A stretch of DNA of 58,912 bases, filler included, from Sphacelaria rigidula (Eukaryota): NCBI GenBank assembly GCA_964200075.2. It is 10 parts of 10 records of this genome, joined end to end, with 100 filler letters (N's around TTAATTAATTAA, not from the genome) between each part and the next. Parts side by side here need not be neighbours in the genome. Positions count along the whole stretch, not along the records: positions 29,509 to 35,309 come from CAXNAA020024363.1; positions 35,410 to 41,210 come from CAXNAA020024364.1; positions 41,311 to 47,111 come from CAXNAA020024365.1; 7 more parts are not named here. One strand, given 5' to 3'. Made by a program: the position numbers and the translations under genes. The number at the start of each line of letters is the position of its first letter. Position 1 is the stretch's first letter. Shown here piece by piece: positions 31,605-43,901 of the stretch. A model generated the notes under the pieces. That model did no database searches and had not been told where the DNA came from. It saw nothing but the letters and a program-made list of their open reading frames with translations.

Positions 31605-34282
31605 ACTCATGTACTGTGTATTCTGTTGTCCAGGGTGTGCGTTTGTTTTGGTACACAAATCCTTCGGGGACCGCCGGACTCCCAGAAACATGTGGTTTTC
31701 AAGGAGGGTCCTTTTGGTGGATCGGCAGCATTTTTGGTCGTCAAGTTGAAATTATGCCGATCCACAAAACAGGCCCCTGCACGCAAACCCCATGTTTCTG
31801 GGAATCCGGTCCCAATAGGGTTGGTATGCCTCGCTTTTGCGTTCGTTCCTGCTCTTTTTTTTTTGTTGCACATCATGCTGTGGGTTTATTGTGTGCATTT
31901 TGCGTCCTCTTTCTCCTGACGAAACACTCCACACCTATGCAATATATGGTCAAAAGGTGCAATAGACGGAAAAAATGTACTGCGTAAAGTATGGAATCTA
32001 TTGCCTGTTGCAATATGATAAGCGCAAGAGTCGATACTGTACGCGGTACACTTTTTGACTGTGTATTCTACCGTGATATCAGTTTTTTTCTGCGTCTGTG
32101 TGTTCGTTTGTTTTTTCTTTGTATTTTGTTCAATTTACTCCTTTCGGTTCAGCCGTGTTGGTGTCTGCGTGGTACGTGCACCCTCCAGTTGTTCCTGACA
32201 TCGGAGAATGACATTCTCAAGTGCGTATACTCCAGCGTGTGCGGCGTACTGCACATGATCGCATATTATGTTCGAAACCAACCATAAATGCTGACTTGGA
32301 CTAGCTTTTCTGGTTACATAAATCTGGGTCTGTACGCAAATAGGGGGAGCTAAGCTTAGGGGTTTGTCTTTTCATGGACACTATTACGGCTCAGATCGGG
32401 GGAGCTCAGATCGGGATTTTTCAATTTTTGCAAGAATTTCGCCATTCTGCGCAACCGATCGGGCGAAACTTGTGGTCTCCCCAGTCTGTAGGAAGGTGGC
32501 TTACATTCAATGACGTACGATGATATGGGGCAAGACACGTTTGATTTTTTTGTAACCGCAGCAGCAGACAGATAGGCTCTTGACACTGGACAGACAGCAC
32601 GTGTCGTGCCTACCCGCGCCAGCTGCTGGAGCAGCTTCGGAGCATAGGTGATCGTGCTTGAGGTTTGACAAGTGGATAAGAAGTATTGATACCGTACCCT
32701 CGGGCGATTGTGACATACTGCACTGCACCGCCGTATGAATCACTGTGACGAACCGTGTTGTGCTATCCTACTGCTGTCAATGTACTGGCGTGGTGTGTGA
32801 TGTACGGTGCCGCACTGAACTCGTATCGCGCACTAGTCTCGCAATACTGACTGCACCGTCATGTATTGATTGATTGATTGATTGATTGTCGCACTTTAAC
32901 TGACCCCTCAGGGGTCCAGCCGTGGTCTCATGATGGATGTACTCGAGAAAAACAAAACTGGAAACACGCTCTGAAGAGAACAGGAACAAGAAGAAAAAGT
33001 CGGACAGAACGACATACCAGACTAAGTCGTGACAGAAAAAAAAAAAAGTAACAAAAAAAGTCAACACAAGCAAAGCACAGAAAGAAATGGCCGACCTGGA
33101 ACAATGAAGAAGGAAAAAGAGAAATTACCGCACGACATTATTGTGTAGCGTGATGGCGGAGGGTACCGTGATGATGATTTGTACTGGACTGTATTATACC
33201 CCAACGTACCACGGTACGACACTGTACTTGAGGGATGATTCACTGCCAACCTGTTCTTCGGCTTCGCTAGTATGCGATACTCGTACTGCACCCCTGTAGA
33301 AAATGACCCTCCTCACACAGGACGATTTCAACGGATCTATGAAGTCATGATGACCCCTGCAAATCTGACTTTCGCAAATATGAGTAACCCAGATTTTGCG
33401 CAGATCGATCTCCGCAGATTCGAGATAAGTCCCCATACAAAAAGCTAGTCTTACTCCAAGGTACAATATGTTGCGGTCACTTCTGTAGTGGGAAATAGTA
33501 TAACAGTGAAGTGGTACTTGTATTCACGAATCGCGTTGTGTTGACTCGGTCATTTGAGCAACCATAACTTGGATGCTCAACAATGCACGAGATTATTGCT
33601 TTTGTCCGGGTGGTGTCTACTTTTCACTTGACTTTTGTCTGTTTTCATATTCTTACTGTAGTTTCATTTTCTCCGTTTTTTTTTCAATGAAGTTCTCTTG
33701 TTTTCTTTCATTTTTTTTTCGCCATACTTGTCCTTGACCCCTTCCCGTCTTGGGTCCGAGTCCGTTGTCTCAAGGGACCTCCCAACTCTTCCCCGGTACA
33801 CACACGCATATTGGGCCGGCACTACTCCCGCACCGCGTTGACTGTCGTCGAACAAGACTCAGCCGAACACGCTCTTCCTTTGCTACTCGCTTAATTAAAC
33901 TTTCGATCACGGGAATCAGTTGCATCTTTAGGGACTCGCACCCGCGTATTTTCCCGCCCTCACGGTGTCTGTTGTACCGTTTGTTATTTAGACCATCGGG
34001 GCTCGACGGCATATTTTTGGGCAAGAGTATTCCCGTTTTTTTTTTTTTCTTGTCTTGTTTTCATTACATTTCATGGATATATTCACCTTGTGACGGCCAC
34101 TGAGTTTGAAGCGAATGAGGAAATGTGGCGATGAGCAGTCAATCGGTCAACCGAACAACAAGGTAACGGTCAAACAATAGGTACGACGCATGCGAGTACT
34201 GAGAGAGCCCCCTCCCCTCCCCCCCAACCCCCCAACTCTCCTCTCCGCCCGCCCTTCCCTGTCGTCCAACCGAAACCAACAG

Positions 34283-34629
34283 TATATTCTGCTGCCCAGC
34301 ACTACAAGCGAGGCAAATTAACCGCGGAGGAAGGAATGGAGGCGCTGCGGGCGGAGCTGGCCGAGCTTCGTTTGGCGACGGAGATCGAGCGGGCGGACGC
34401 TGCCTGTCAAGCCGAGGAGGGTATGGAGGCGTTGCGAGCGGAGTTAGCTGAGCTTCGCTCGGCGACGGAAGCTGAGCGTGCTGATGCTGCCTGTCAAGCG
34501 GAGGAAGGTGTAGAGGCGTTGCGGGTGGAGCTGACTGAGCTACGCTCGGCGGTGGAGGTAGAGCGGACGGACGCTGCCTGCCATGTCGAGGAGAAGGGAG
34601 AGGAGAATGGTCGGAGGTTGACATCTCAG
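34283..34629 (+). CDS. Internal exon of a coiled-coil protein with three 29-aa (87-bp) tandem repeats
   Basis: Pyrimidine tract plus aacag| acceptor, then YSAAQHYKRGKLTAEEG-(MEALRAELAELRxATExERADAACQAEEG)x~3-..LTSQ and donor |gtcagg at 34630. Repeat copies differ largely at synonymous sites. Confidence 0.75.
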
Positions 34630-34815
34630 GTCAGGCAACTTTTGCGACACGCTGGTCCTCTTCACGGCGACGCCAGCCACTTTCGGGTTCCTGTCGTGTG
34701 CCATGCGGAACGATGTTTTTGTTCTTGTTTGCGTGATTCGGGTAGGTCTCTCGCGGGTACGCCTTCGCCACTTCTTCGCCACCTCGGAAGACAATCAAGT
34801 CGGTTACACAGTAAT

Positions 34816-35117
34816 CCGCCGCACCCCGGTGGTGTAATGGTCCGACTGTCACCATTAGGGTGGAGAGAACCGGGGTTCGATTCCCGACGCGTTGGGTTTT
34901 TTCATGTATGATTTCCACCGTGGAAAGCGTGAGAACGTGAGTAAACAAAGTAGTCGACTGGGTTGGTGTGACGTGAGTTGACGCGGTGCGGGAGTGTTGA
35001 CCAAATCCGCGCGACCAAAATGAAAGGCACGTACCGGGGGAGAGATGGGTTGATCCCTTGTGACCACGGATTCATCCCGCGGAAGGGGGGGGGGTTCAAA
35101 GTGTGAGGGAAAAAATA
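34816..35117 (+). mobile_element. tRNA-derived SINE family A, near full length
   Basis: Box A TGGTGTAATGG at 34830-34840 and box B GGTTCGATTCC at 34874-34884. Acceptor stem does not pair. Head and body match 53113-53290 (minus) and 6839-7170. Confidence 0.82.
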
Positions 35118-38047
35118 GTACTGCACTGTAAGTACTGTGCACTTATGCAGCCCTTCAGATATAGGCCGGACGGAGGCCGTATGTGGGACAACCGCGAGGT
35201 CGCTGAACATCACGCCGGTATACGTGTGCAGCAAAGAAATGCCCCCCCTCCCCCCCCCCACCCACCTCCCACCCGCCCCAGCGCCCCACCCCGCAGCGAC
35301 CACCCGTGANNNNNNNNNNNNNNNNNNNNNNNNNNNNNNNNNNNNNNNNNNNNTTAATTAATTAANNNNNNNNNNNNNNNNNNNNNNNNNNNNNNNNNNN
35401 NNNNNNNNNTATTGTGCGGAGTTGAGGTTCTTGTGCGGAGTTGAGGTTCTCCCACGCCGCACAACATGATCCAGCTCGATCACCATCATGGTTACCGCAA
35501 AACAAAACGCAAACGCGCAAAAACAAAAAAACGGTAACCTGTCTGCCTGCTTCCGTAGTGAGTGACATGTTTTACAGCATCATCGCCAACGGAAGCCGCA
35601 ATATATTAATTGATCCCCGAGGGACCCAGGCGTGGTGACAAGGTTGACGTACTCAAGGAGACCGAAAAGGAAACCTTCGCTAATGAAGAAGAAACGTGGG
35701 GGGGGGAAAGACGACGAATAGAAAAATTAAACAAGCAAGGGGAGAAAACCGAGAAATAACGGCGAAAACAAAATGAAGACAAAGACAATAGCAAAAACGC
35801 AACGAATCAAGATCAAGCAGGGGGAAGCAAAGAGCGAACGTGGAAGAATTAGAACAAAATAGTACTCACATGAAAGAAAAAAAAAAGGAATAAACCTGGA
35901 AAATGACTGGCCCTTGTAACATGGCTTCACGTGAAAAAAAAACGGAGAGGCATGCTATTAGTATGTATTCAGCAGGACCGGCAGATCTAGTTGTACTTGG
36001 TATTTGTATCATCGAACCAAAGGACAACATGCCAGGAATTACTTTCAAAACGTTCCGAGCCCCACCAACAGGTCCACGTCCCCTGGTGCCCCCTGTGTTT
36101 TTCGCTGCGTTCGGCAATCAGACCGCCTCGTTCAAGTCGGTTTTTGGTGTGCTTAACACACACCGTTGAAGCATTGAAGAGAGCGCTTTGTAGTGACCCT
36201 CTGGGAGGGGGAGGGGGGGAAGCTAGAGAACGATGAGCGATGAAGTGGGTCCAGCATCCCCTCTATGAACCCCTTTGGAACCGGGCCTTCAGAACGACCA
36301 ATGAGGCTGGGCAATCGCCAAAAACTGGTATACCGACTGCACTTTCACCAACATCCGGTACAGCTTACACCCCCATTCAGAAAAGCTACTAATGCAGCCG
36401 TCTGATTGGCCAAATCCCGCCGCGTGCGAATTCCGGCGAAAACACACACACGGTGTACCTGTCCTTGAACACTCAAATAGGCTTTCACCGGTTTTCGGCG
36501 ACGGTCTCACCGGTTTTAGGCGATCGAGGCAGTTATGCTCAAGTTCCCGACCAGCCCCAAAACACGCACACGTCACCATATCCTATGTTACGTTTCGACG
36601 ACTGGCCGTTAGAGATAAAAATACCCCGAGTTTTGTTTTGCCCATCCGATCACCGCCGTCCTGGAGTTTTGCCCCGTCAATCCGTCAACGAGCACGCCTT
36701 ACCAATCCGACAAAGCACGCAGTGGTTCCACAGCTTTGAAGAGGACTTTCAGATCGAAACACACGGCGCGCCGACCAAACGAACCGTCACCGTCGCAGGA
36801 ACACGCAGAGTATAACATGTCACCGCTCACGCGAATCCAACATAAAAACAATCACACGAACGCAATAAGCAGTCTAGTTCGGATGGGCACTGATGTAGAT
36901 ACTCCGACCTAGAGACACTCTCGCCCGTCATCTCAGCCCCGCTCTTTTTTCCACAGCCGGGTATCTCTGGCTCTTACATGTCTTTCGGCTGGGTCAGGAC
37001 TTGTCTGTCGTTTGTTGTTGCATGTACCGGCATACATACACCCACGAGATCATCACCCAAGAAAGGGGGCCACGGCTGCACGGCCGCTACTTGAACCCAA
37101 GGGCTTGCTGTCGCTGCCTGCATGTACACCGCGCTCCGGCACGTCTCCGTACCTTGTCCGACTGTACACACTTGTACTTTAACCTTAGTTGCAAACTGTG
37201 TGACGGGCGATTAGGGCGTGTCTTGGCACTTTTCTAATCGATCGCAAAAATGGGGAGGTGGAATCGATTTGAGCGAAACATTCTCGTTTTGATGCAGTTG
37301 GGTCCAGGTGGATTTTCAAGCTTTCGATCGAAAAAAAACAGTGAAATTCGGAAGACGATACATGGTCACTCGTGTACAGTGCAGACAGTCTGTACTGTCT
37401 GCACTGCTTGCAAGCAGGGTGTCTTGAGTGCGTGTGTGTGCGTATTTTCGCCAGAATTTGCACGCGGCGGGATTTGGTTAATCAGGCGGATGCGGTAGAC
37501 AAGTAGCTTTTCTGAAAGGGGGGTGTAAGCTATACCGGATGTTGGCGAAAGTGCAGTTGGTACACCGGTTTTTGGCGATTACCCAATAAGGCTGGTTAGG
37601 AATGACGTGTCTGGCGTCTGCACGAAACAGTGGCTTCATGTTGCTGAAATCCGCGTATGTAATCGCAGGGTTATGAGGAAGACCGAAAGTTTCATCCAAT
37701 GTATTTTCAGGTGCAGGGTGCAGATTAGGTTACGTTCATCTGATGTAGCAAGCAGTATGAGTCGGCGTACTGAGCTTTCAATGGGATGCGGCGACCGGCG
37801 GGCCGCCCGCCACTTGTGACTTTCGATGATATCATTCTCCCCATCACCATGCTATACAGCCCTTTGTGGTCGGGATTGGCCGCGATTTCCCTATTCGTTG
37901 CAAGCGGCAAGTTACATTTGAAGTTTATGAGCGTTGCGCCGCACATAAATACAGTTACGGGTAGGAATGGCGGCCGATTTTGGGTACGATATTCCTGTAA
38001 AGTGCAAGCTGGACGCTGTATGCGTCAGAAGTAGCCTGTAATCCAAC

Positions 38048-38430
38048 GAATCATATCAATGGGAGATACAGGCGTCACCAACAAATAACGATCTGGCTCA
38101 TATGCAATGAACTATATTCCTGGTACATTTATTCAAGCCTGGGAGTGGTCAGTGTTGAGGTGATATCGTTCCTCCGGAAAGCTCGGTCCAAATCAGTACA
38201 TGGACAATCTTGATGCACTAGTTAGTGCCCTGCTACTGTCTGTACCACTCCGGAAGCACACGCCCCCGAGCCGCCACCCCACGTTTACCGGCATGGCGAA
38301 GACAACAAGATGAGAACACGAACAGCAGCTGTTGGGGCCGCCACACCCCAACGTAACTGCAGTGAAAGGCGTGCCTGACATAGTGCTAGCACGAGAAAGT
38401 ACGGAAAATATGGCGGCAGCGTAGCGCATT
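38048..38430 (+). repeat. Unclassified dispersed repeat shared with 44915-45296 (opposite orientation, different scaffold)
   Basis: Shared blocks include CGAATCATATCAAT...CTGGCTCAT and GCAGTGAAAGGC.TGCCTGACAT.GTGCTAG.ACGAGAAAGTACGGAAA. Confidence 0.75.
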
Positions 38431-41418
38431 CTAAAACAACTAATAACGATGCTGAAGATGTTGGCGATCAAGAGGTTCACGCTGTGCGGATTGGCTAAGC
38501 GTGTCCTAGACACAGCTGTGACTGCGGGATTGGAGAGTGAACTTTCCATGGGCCCCATGGGGTCAGGGTCATGGCATGAGTGGAGGGAATCTCATCTTGT
38601 CAGTCGCTTGGGCACGGGCTGGTTCACTCTGTCCAGATCAACATCTTAAACGTCAATTTCCCCCCATTTTCAGTATTTACAGGCAGTCACTTCGAACATC
38701 GTGGCTCTGCCGACCTGGGCATACATAGTGCGCAGCCTGAAATCAAAATCACACTTCGCGCCTTGGCTTCTCCACTGGAAGCCTCAGGCACAACAACCGA
38801 AGTCCATGTGCGACCTCGCCCTCTGCAACTCAACACATGATGGGTACTCGCCGTTGAAAGGCGAATTTGCCCTTCGTGGACAGCGGTGCAGAACGAAGCA
38901 GCACCTGGTGGCATGCCACAAGGTCAAATGCCATCCATCATTGCATAGTTTGCATCTCATTATGATACTACTAAAAGTATATACAGACAGTTACTAACTA
39001 CATGACCGCGGTCACCAGCAGATGTAACGCACATACTCCTACTATGATCGCTCTCGACGCCTTGGCTTCTGCACTGGAGCCCTGGCATGAAGCAGCCGCC
39101 AGCTTTGTCTCTCTTCTGTTAACTCTCCCTCTGTGATTCGACACTTCAAAGGATAATCGCCGTTGGGAGGCGAAATTGCCCTCTGTGCACTGACGCACAG
39201 AACAACGCAGAGCTTGGTGGCACGCAACCAAACTGCATGCCGTCACAACTTGCTTGCGGCAGGAAAAAATATGTGCGCACCGATTTTTTTTAACATGCCA
39301 TCTTCGACCTCGAAATACGCTAATGATCCTCAATCCAAAAGTGCCCATCCCGCAACGCCTACACCTCGGTAACGAAGCGAGGGATTGGACTGCGGTTTCT
39401 TGCGTGCGCTTCCCACACACCCAAGCTATGTCTCCTAGTTTGTTTTTCGCGTTTGCGGGTGATACTGACTCGCAAATTACCCAAATATACTAAAATAAGG
39501 TGTTTTCCGCTCTGGAGAAGGGTGTCTGGGTCGCTGACGCGACGACAGCAAAATAACAAACCAAGTTCCCTGGATCTTGTGTGTACGCGGAGGTCTGCCA
39601 AGTGCCGTGGGCCGGCTTGCTTCCTGTGTCGAGAGTCGAGCGATCTCCAGTGCTACAGCTTCCCCATACTAAATCAAGTCAGAGAGAGATGGAGCATGTG
39701 CTCTGTTTGTGAAGGCCTCGGCAAAGGTCCTACCCCCTACCGACGCGCTCGTCATTCCTCCGCGTCATCTTTCATTCTAAATCTTGTGTCAATTTTTGGT
39801 CGTGAGGGCCCCCATTCCTACACATAACAGTACAGTACAATGCAGCTCAGTACAGTTATGCCCGTGAATGGGGCTCGATTTTGGGCACTATATACAGGGA
39901 AAATTGACCGACCAACTTTACAGTCAGTCAAAGGCAGAAGAAATGAAACCTAAATGAGCCAATCAGTATCCGTCACAAGTACACGCGTCACTCGAAGCGA
40001 CGACGGCGCTCATACAAAATGTACTGTTGCTACAGTATATTCTACAACAACCCTGTGACTGACATTGTTGTACACCTGTGTGCACAGGGTTCCAACAACA
40101 GGAGGATAAAAGCTGCTGCTCCTTGTTGTTGCGCCCCTCTTGTTGCAGTATGTTGTTGTGCTCATTTTGCAACGCAATTTTCTCGGGAACGAGGCAGAGG
40201 ATTGGACTGCGGTTTGATGCGTGCGCTTCCCACACACCAAAACGATTCAGTATCGCGGCGGGCTTCCGTATAGCGAGCCGCGGAGCACGCAGCACTTTGC
40301 AAACCGCCAAAATGTACTGGAAAACGCGTTTTCTCCAACGTTCTGGGGCTTGTCGGATCCGCTGTGGCGAATTGAGAAAATCCGTGGCGTCAATAAACAG
40401 ATCTAGTGTGTGAGCAGGGGGCTGTCAAGTGCCAGAGGCCGGTTGGCTTTCTGTCTTGAGAGAACTACGATGAAAACATTACAGATGTCGCATACGAGAC
40501 CCAGATAACTCGGAATGGAGCGTGTGTTCTGTTCGGCAGAGGTTCGCAGACGATGAGGTCTTCAACACGTGTTCAATATCCCTCCGCGTTCGTTTTATTT
40601 TTTCATGACGGATTTTTGGTCGGTAAGACCCACTTTTATGGCAAACGAATCTCGATTTTATGCAAAATAGGGGGGACTCGAATTCGTGAACTAAAAATCG
40701 GGAGGACCGTTTTATGGCAGACGGTACAACAGTATCACAGATTTGTGAAACGGTTCTATACACAGACTGTCATTTTTTGCATGAGTGTGGTACTGCGTGC
40801 TCGTGCATGAAACCGAAGAGTAGGCAGGCGGTATACAATCCTTCGAGTACAGTGTCGTACTTTGGTACCCTAGTGTCAGGGTAGAAGTCTTCACTCTATT
40901 CCCAAAAGTAGGTTCAACTGTTTTTATGAAAGTCAGCCGTCTTGTTCAAACACAATTCCAAAGAGATGCGGGCACTGATATGCCAAGAGCAGAAAATAGA
41001 CTTTTTGATTCTTCTTTGAGTATATTACTGGTGGCGCCCCGATGTCGTTTCACTATAAAATACCACAAAAAGCACTCAAGACCAATCTTCGAATCAGAAA
41101 CTACAGACCGTAAAAAGAGGAGTGACTCGCGGGGGTGAAGACAGAAAATCCTTCGGTCATCACCTCTGTGTCTCTTCATCTCTTCGTTCGTACTTGCCCA
41201 CCTAACCTGTNNNNNNNNNNNNNNNNNNNNNNNNNNNNNNNNNNNNNNNNNNNNTTAATTAATTAANNNNNNNNNNNNNNNNNNNNNNNNNNNNNNNNNN
41301 NNNNNNNNNNGGGGTGGGTGGGGTGTGCGTGTGTGTGGGGGTTGGGGGGGGGGTGCGGTGGTGCGCGGCGCGTGGGGGGGGGGGGGGGGGGGGGGGGCTA
41401 TCGTAGAAAGTATTCGAT

Positions 41419-41775
41419 ATATTACGGTTTCGGGTAGAATTCGATCCCTTTGGAACCGTTTTCAAATCTGTTTCTCCCGTAAGATTCCTGAGGTAATGGC
41501 GATCACTACGATTTGAAGCATGTGGAGATTCGGTGGAAATTGGGCTTGGACTTCGTATTTTCAGTTTCAGAACAATTTGGAAGGTGCTGAATGGTCTAGA
41601 CACATTTTTGTCCATAGCGCCACCGGAATAGCCTTAAACTGAAATCCGGCTATGTCACCCTCTTCGTTTGTTCATCGCGGTCAATATGATACCGTGTATG
41701 CGATTATTGGGTGCGTATTGCAGAAGGCATTTGCTGATGACATAATTTTGGGTCTTTAGAATGAACAAGCCTGTA
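41419..41775 (+). mobile_element. Right-end fragment of the 21533-23045 TIR element
   Basis: Colinear with 22691-23047, from ATTACGGTTTCGGGTA to GCCTGTA. Confidence 0.8.
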
Positions 41776-43406
41776 TAGAAATGCGAATGAAGAGAACCAG
41801 TGCAACCCCTAGTAGGCGTACGATTGTCCAGCTGCCAATGCCAGGCCTCCTGAACGGCGATCAACTAAGATTTTCAAGAGCTACGATGCACTGCGTTCGC
41901 TGCTGCAGTGACGCATACTATCGCACCCTTGAGCGACCGATGCACGAATAAGCTACATTACGGACTCGTGTACCAACCCACGTGGAGATTGCTCTGGTGC
42001 TGCTGCTGCGGATACAAAGAGATATCGTCATCTTCGCTAGCACAAACTGGGGAGACACTGCTAATCATAAGCCCCAGAAGCAGCAGTGTACTGTGGTGAG
42101 GCTTGTTGCGTGCAATGCTCGAGAGTGCGCTGTGTGAGTAGCTTGGTGTAGATCATGTGAACATCGTCACATCGCGGTTTGGTGGTACTCGGAAGGTTTC
42201 AACACAATTGCTCGAAACATGTATCCTTTTTGGCCAGCGTCTCCCTGGCTCGGTAGTTCGAAAGACAGCTTTTGGATTAGACTCTCATCACTGTCCAGAC
42301 CAAGAGAAGATGTAACTCCAGTGCCACAGGCTGACTTTAGAAAATACCTTCAGCGTGAGCATACTGCATTTAGCGAAATAGCACCAACCGCTGGGCGATC
42401 CGACCCTTGACTAGTTTCCTGAGCCCCTGAATCTGGCAGTGGCCGCCGGGTATGCCCAGTATTCGTCAAGCGAATGGCAAGTAGGGGGGCAATTCTGACG
42501 TCGATGCACATGATACGCCTGAACAACAGTGACGCTTCCTCGCAGTAGAGAATGGAGTTCGTAGTAATCTCGATAATCAGAAGGCCCCATGGTGTCCTGC
42601 AATTTCTCTATGTTCGATAAATCACTTCGAGGAACCATGCATGAATCCAGGGCATGCGTCCTTTGGCCTCTTTAATTTTTGCTTCGTCTTGTTCGTTTGT
42701 GTTCCCTCTCCCTGTACTGCGCTTACGTTTTCATCGGGACCAGTACCGGATATGTTCTGGCCGTTTTCTTCTGTTTTCTCCTCTCCTCTACACTCCTTTG
42801 CCTTGTTTGGCCATCGCTATTAGCTTACTTTGTTTCATTCCGCTTAGTCTTTCCCCCATCTCGAATTTGTTGTAGCCATGCACGATCCGTACGCAAAGCC
42901 ACAAGCTGTAACGCCTCGCGTGCTTTGTTCCTGTGCCAGAAAGCATGACTGTCATCGCAGGGGAGGCATGATACTGCGGGGCAAGCGTACCTGTCTGTCA
43001 TACAGGTTTGCAAAGTCCCCTAACCGAAACGTTCCATATGAACAACATGTCGACCCAAGCACGACAGCTTGCAATGCGAACTGCCAACTCTCCAAACCAT
43101 GAATTTCCTCTTGCGAGATTATGATTTCCACATGCGCGGAGCTTGCGGCCAAGGCGCCATGTCCATATCTCGACACGAAGTACAGTTACAGAGTCACCGG
43201 TTCGCTGCGAACTGTGCGGCACTGTTTCACATGGTTCGAAGGAAGAGACACAAAATTCCTTTACCGGAGCCTTTCTCTGTTTCTCGAGACCACCGGGGGT
43301 AACATATACGCTTAAACAGGTCCACTTCGCGTTAAGGACGACGTACGCTAAACGCCGTCGGTGAACCGGGGCTCGGGGCTGCTGTTCCGATAGGGGAAAC
43401 CAATCC

Positions 43407-43901
43407 CAGGTTGTGTGCTGTAGGGTACGGGTACGTTCTGTATGGTATGATATTCCTTAGAGACCTTACAGAATATCGGGTACGGGTATGAATGTCATAC
43501 AGAAAGTACAAAACTGGCGGGTAACGGTATGTAAGTATTACAGGAACTACAGAACTTGTCGGGTAGGGTATGGAAGGCTCACAGAGAACCGTATCGGCAA
43601 CCGGTTTTTTCCTCAAGGGTATATCCGCGACTCGGGTGAGGGTAAAAATTCTGTACAAAACTGAAAACCGTACTCGCAACCCGGGCTTCGGTCAAGAGCA
43701 TACCCGTGCCCCCCGTAACCCTGCGGGAGGCTTACATAACTCACGGAACTATCGGGTGAGGGTATGAGAGTCTCAGAGGATACAGAACTGTCGGGTACCG
43801 GTTTGAAAGTTCTTCACAAGTCACAAGATTGTCGGGTAAGGTAAATACCCGGGAAAATACCCCGGGTATACAAAAAAACGTACCCTGCGGCACACAACCT
43901 A
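43407..43901. mobile_element. ~495-bp non-autonomous TIR element with 22-bp TIRs (possibly hAT-like)
   Basis: AGGTTGTGTGCTGTAGGGTACG ... CGTACCCTGCGGCACACAACCT, 20/22 inverted match. Interior has recurring CGGGTA and CAGAACTTGTCGGGTA motifs. No matching TSD found. Confidence 0.72.

Noticed and set aside
34821..34895. Functional tRNA genes at 34821, 27433 and 53215-53285
   Set aside because: Boxes A and B are present, but there is no pairing acceptor or anticodon stem and each is followed by a shared repeat body, so these are SINE heads.
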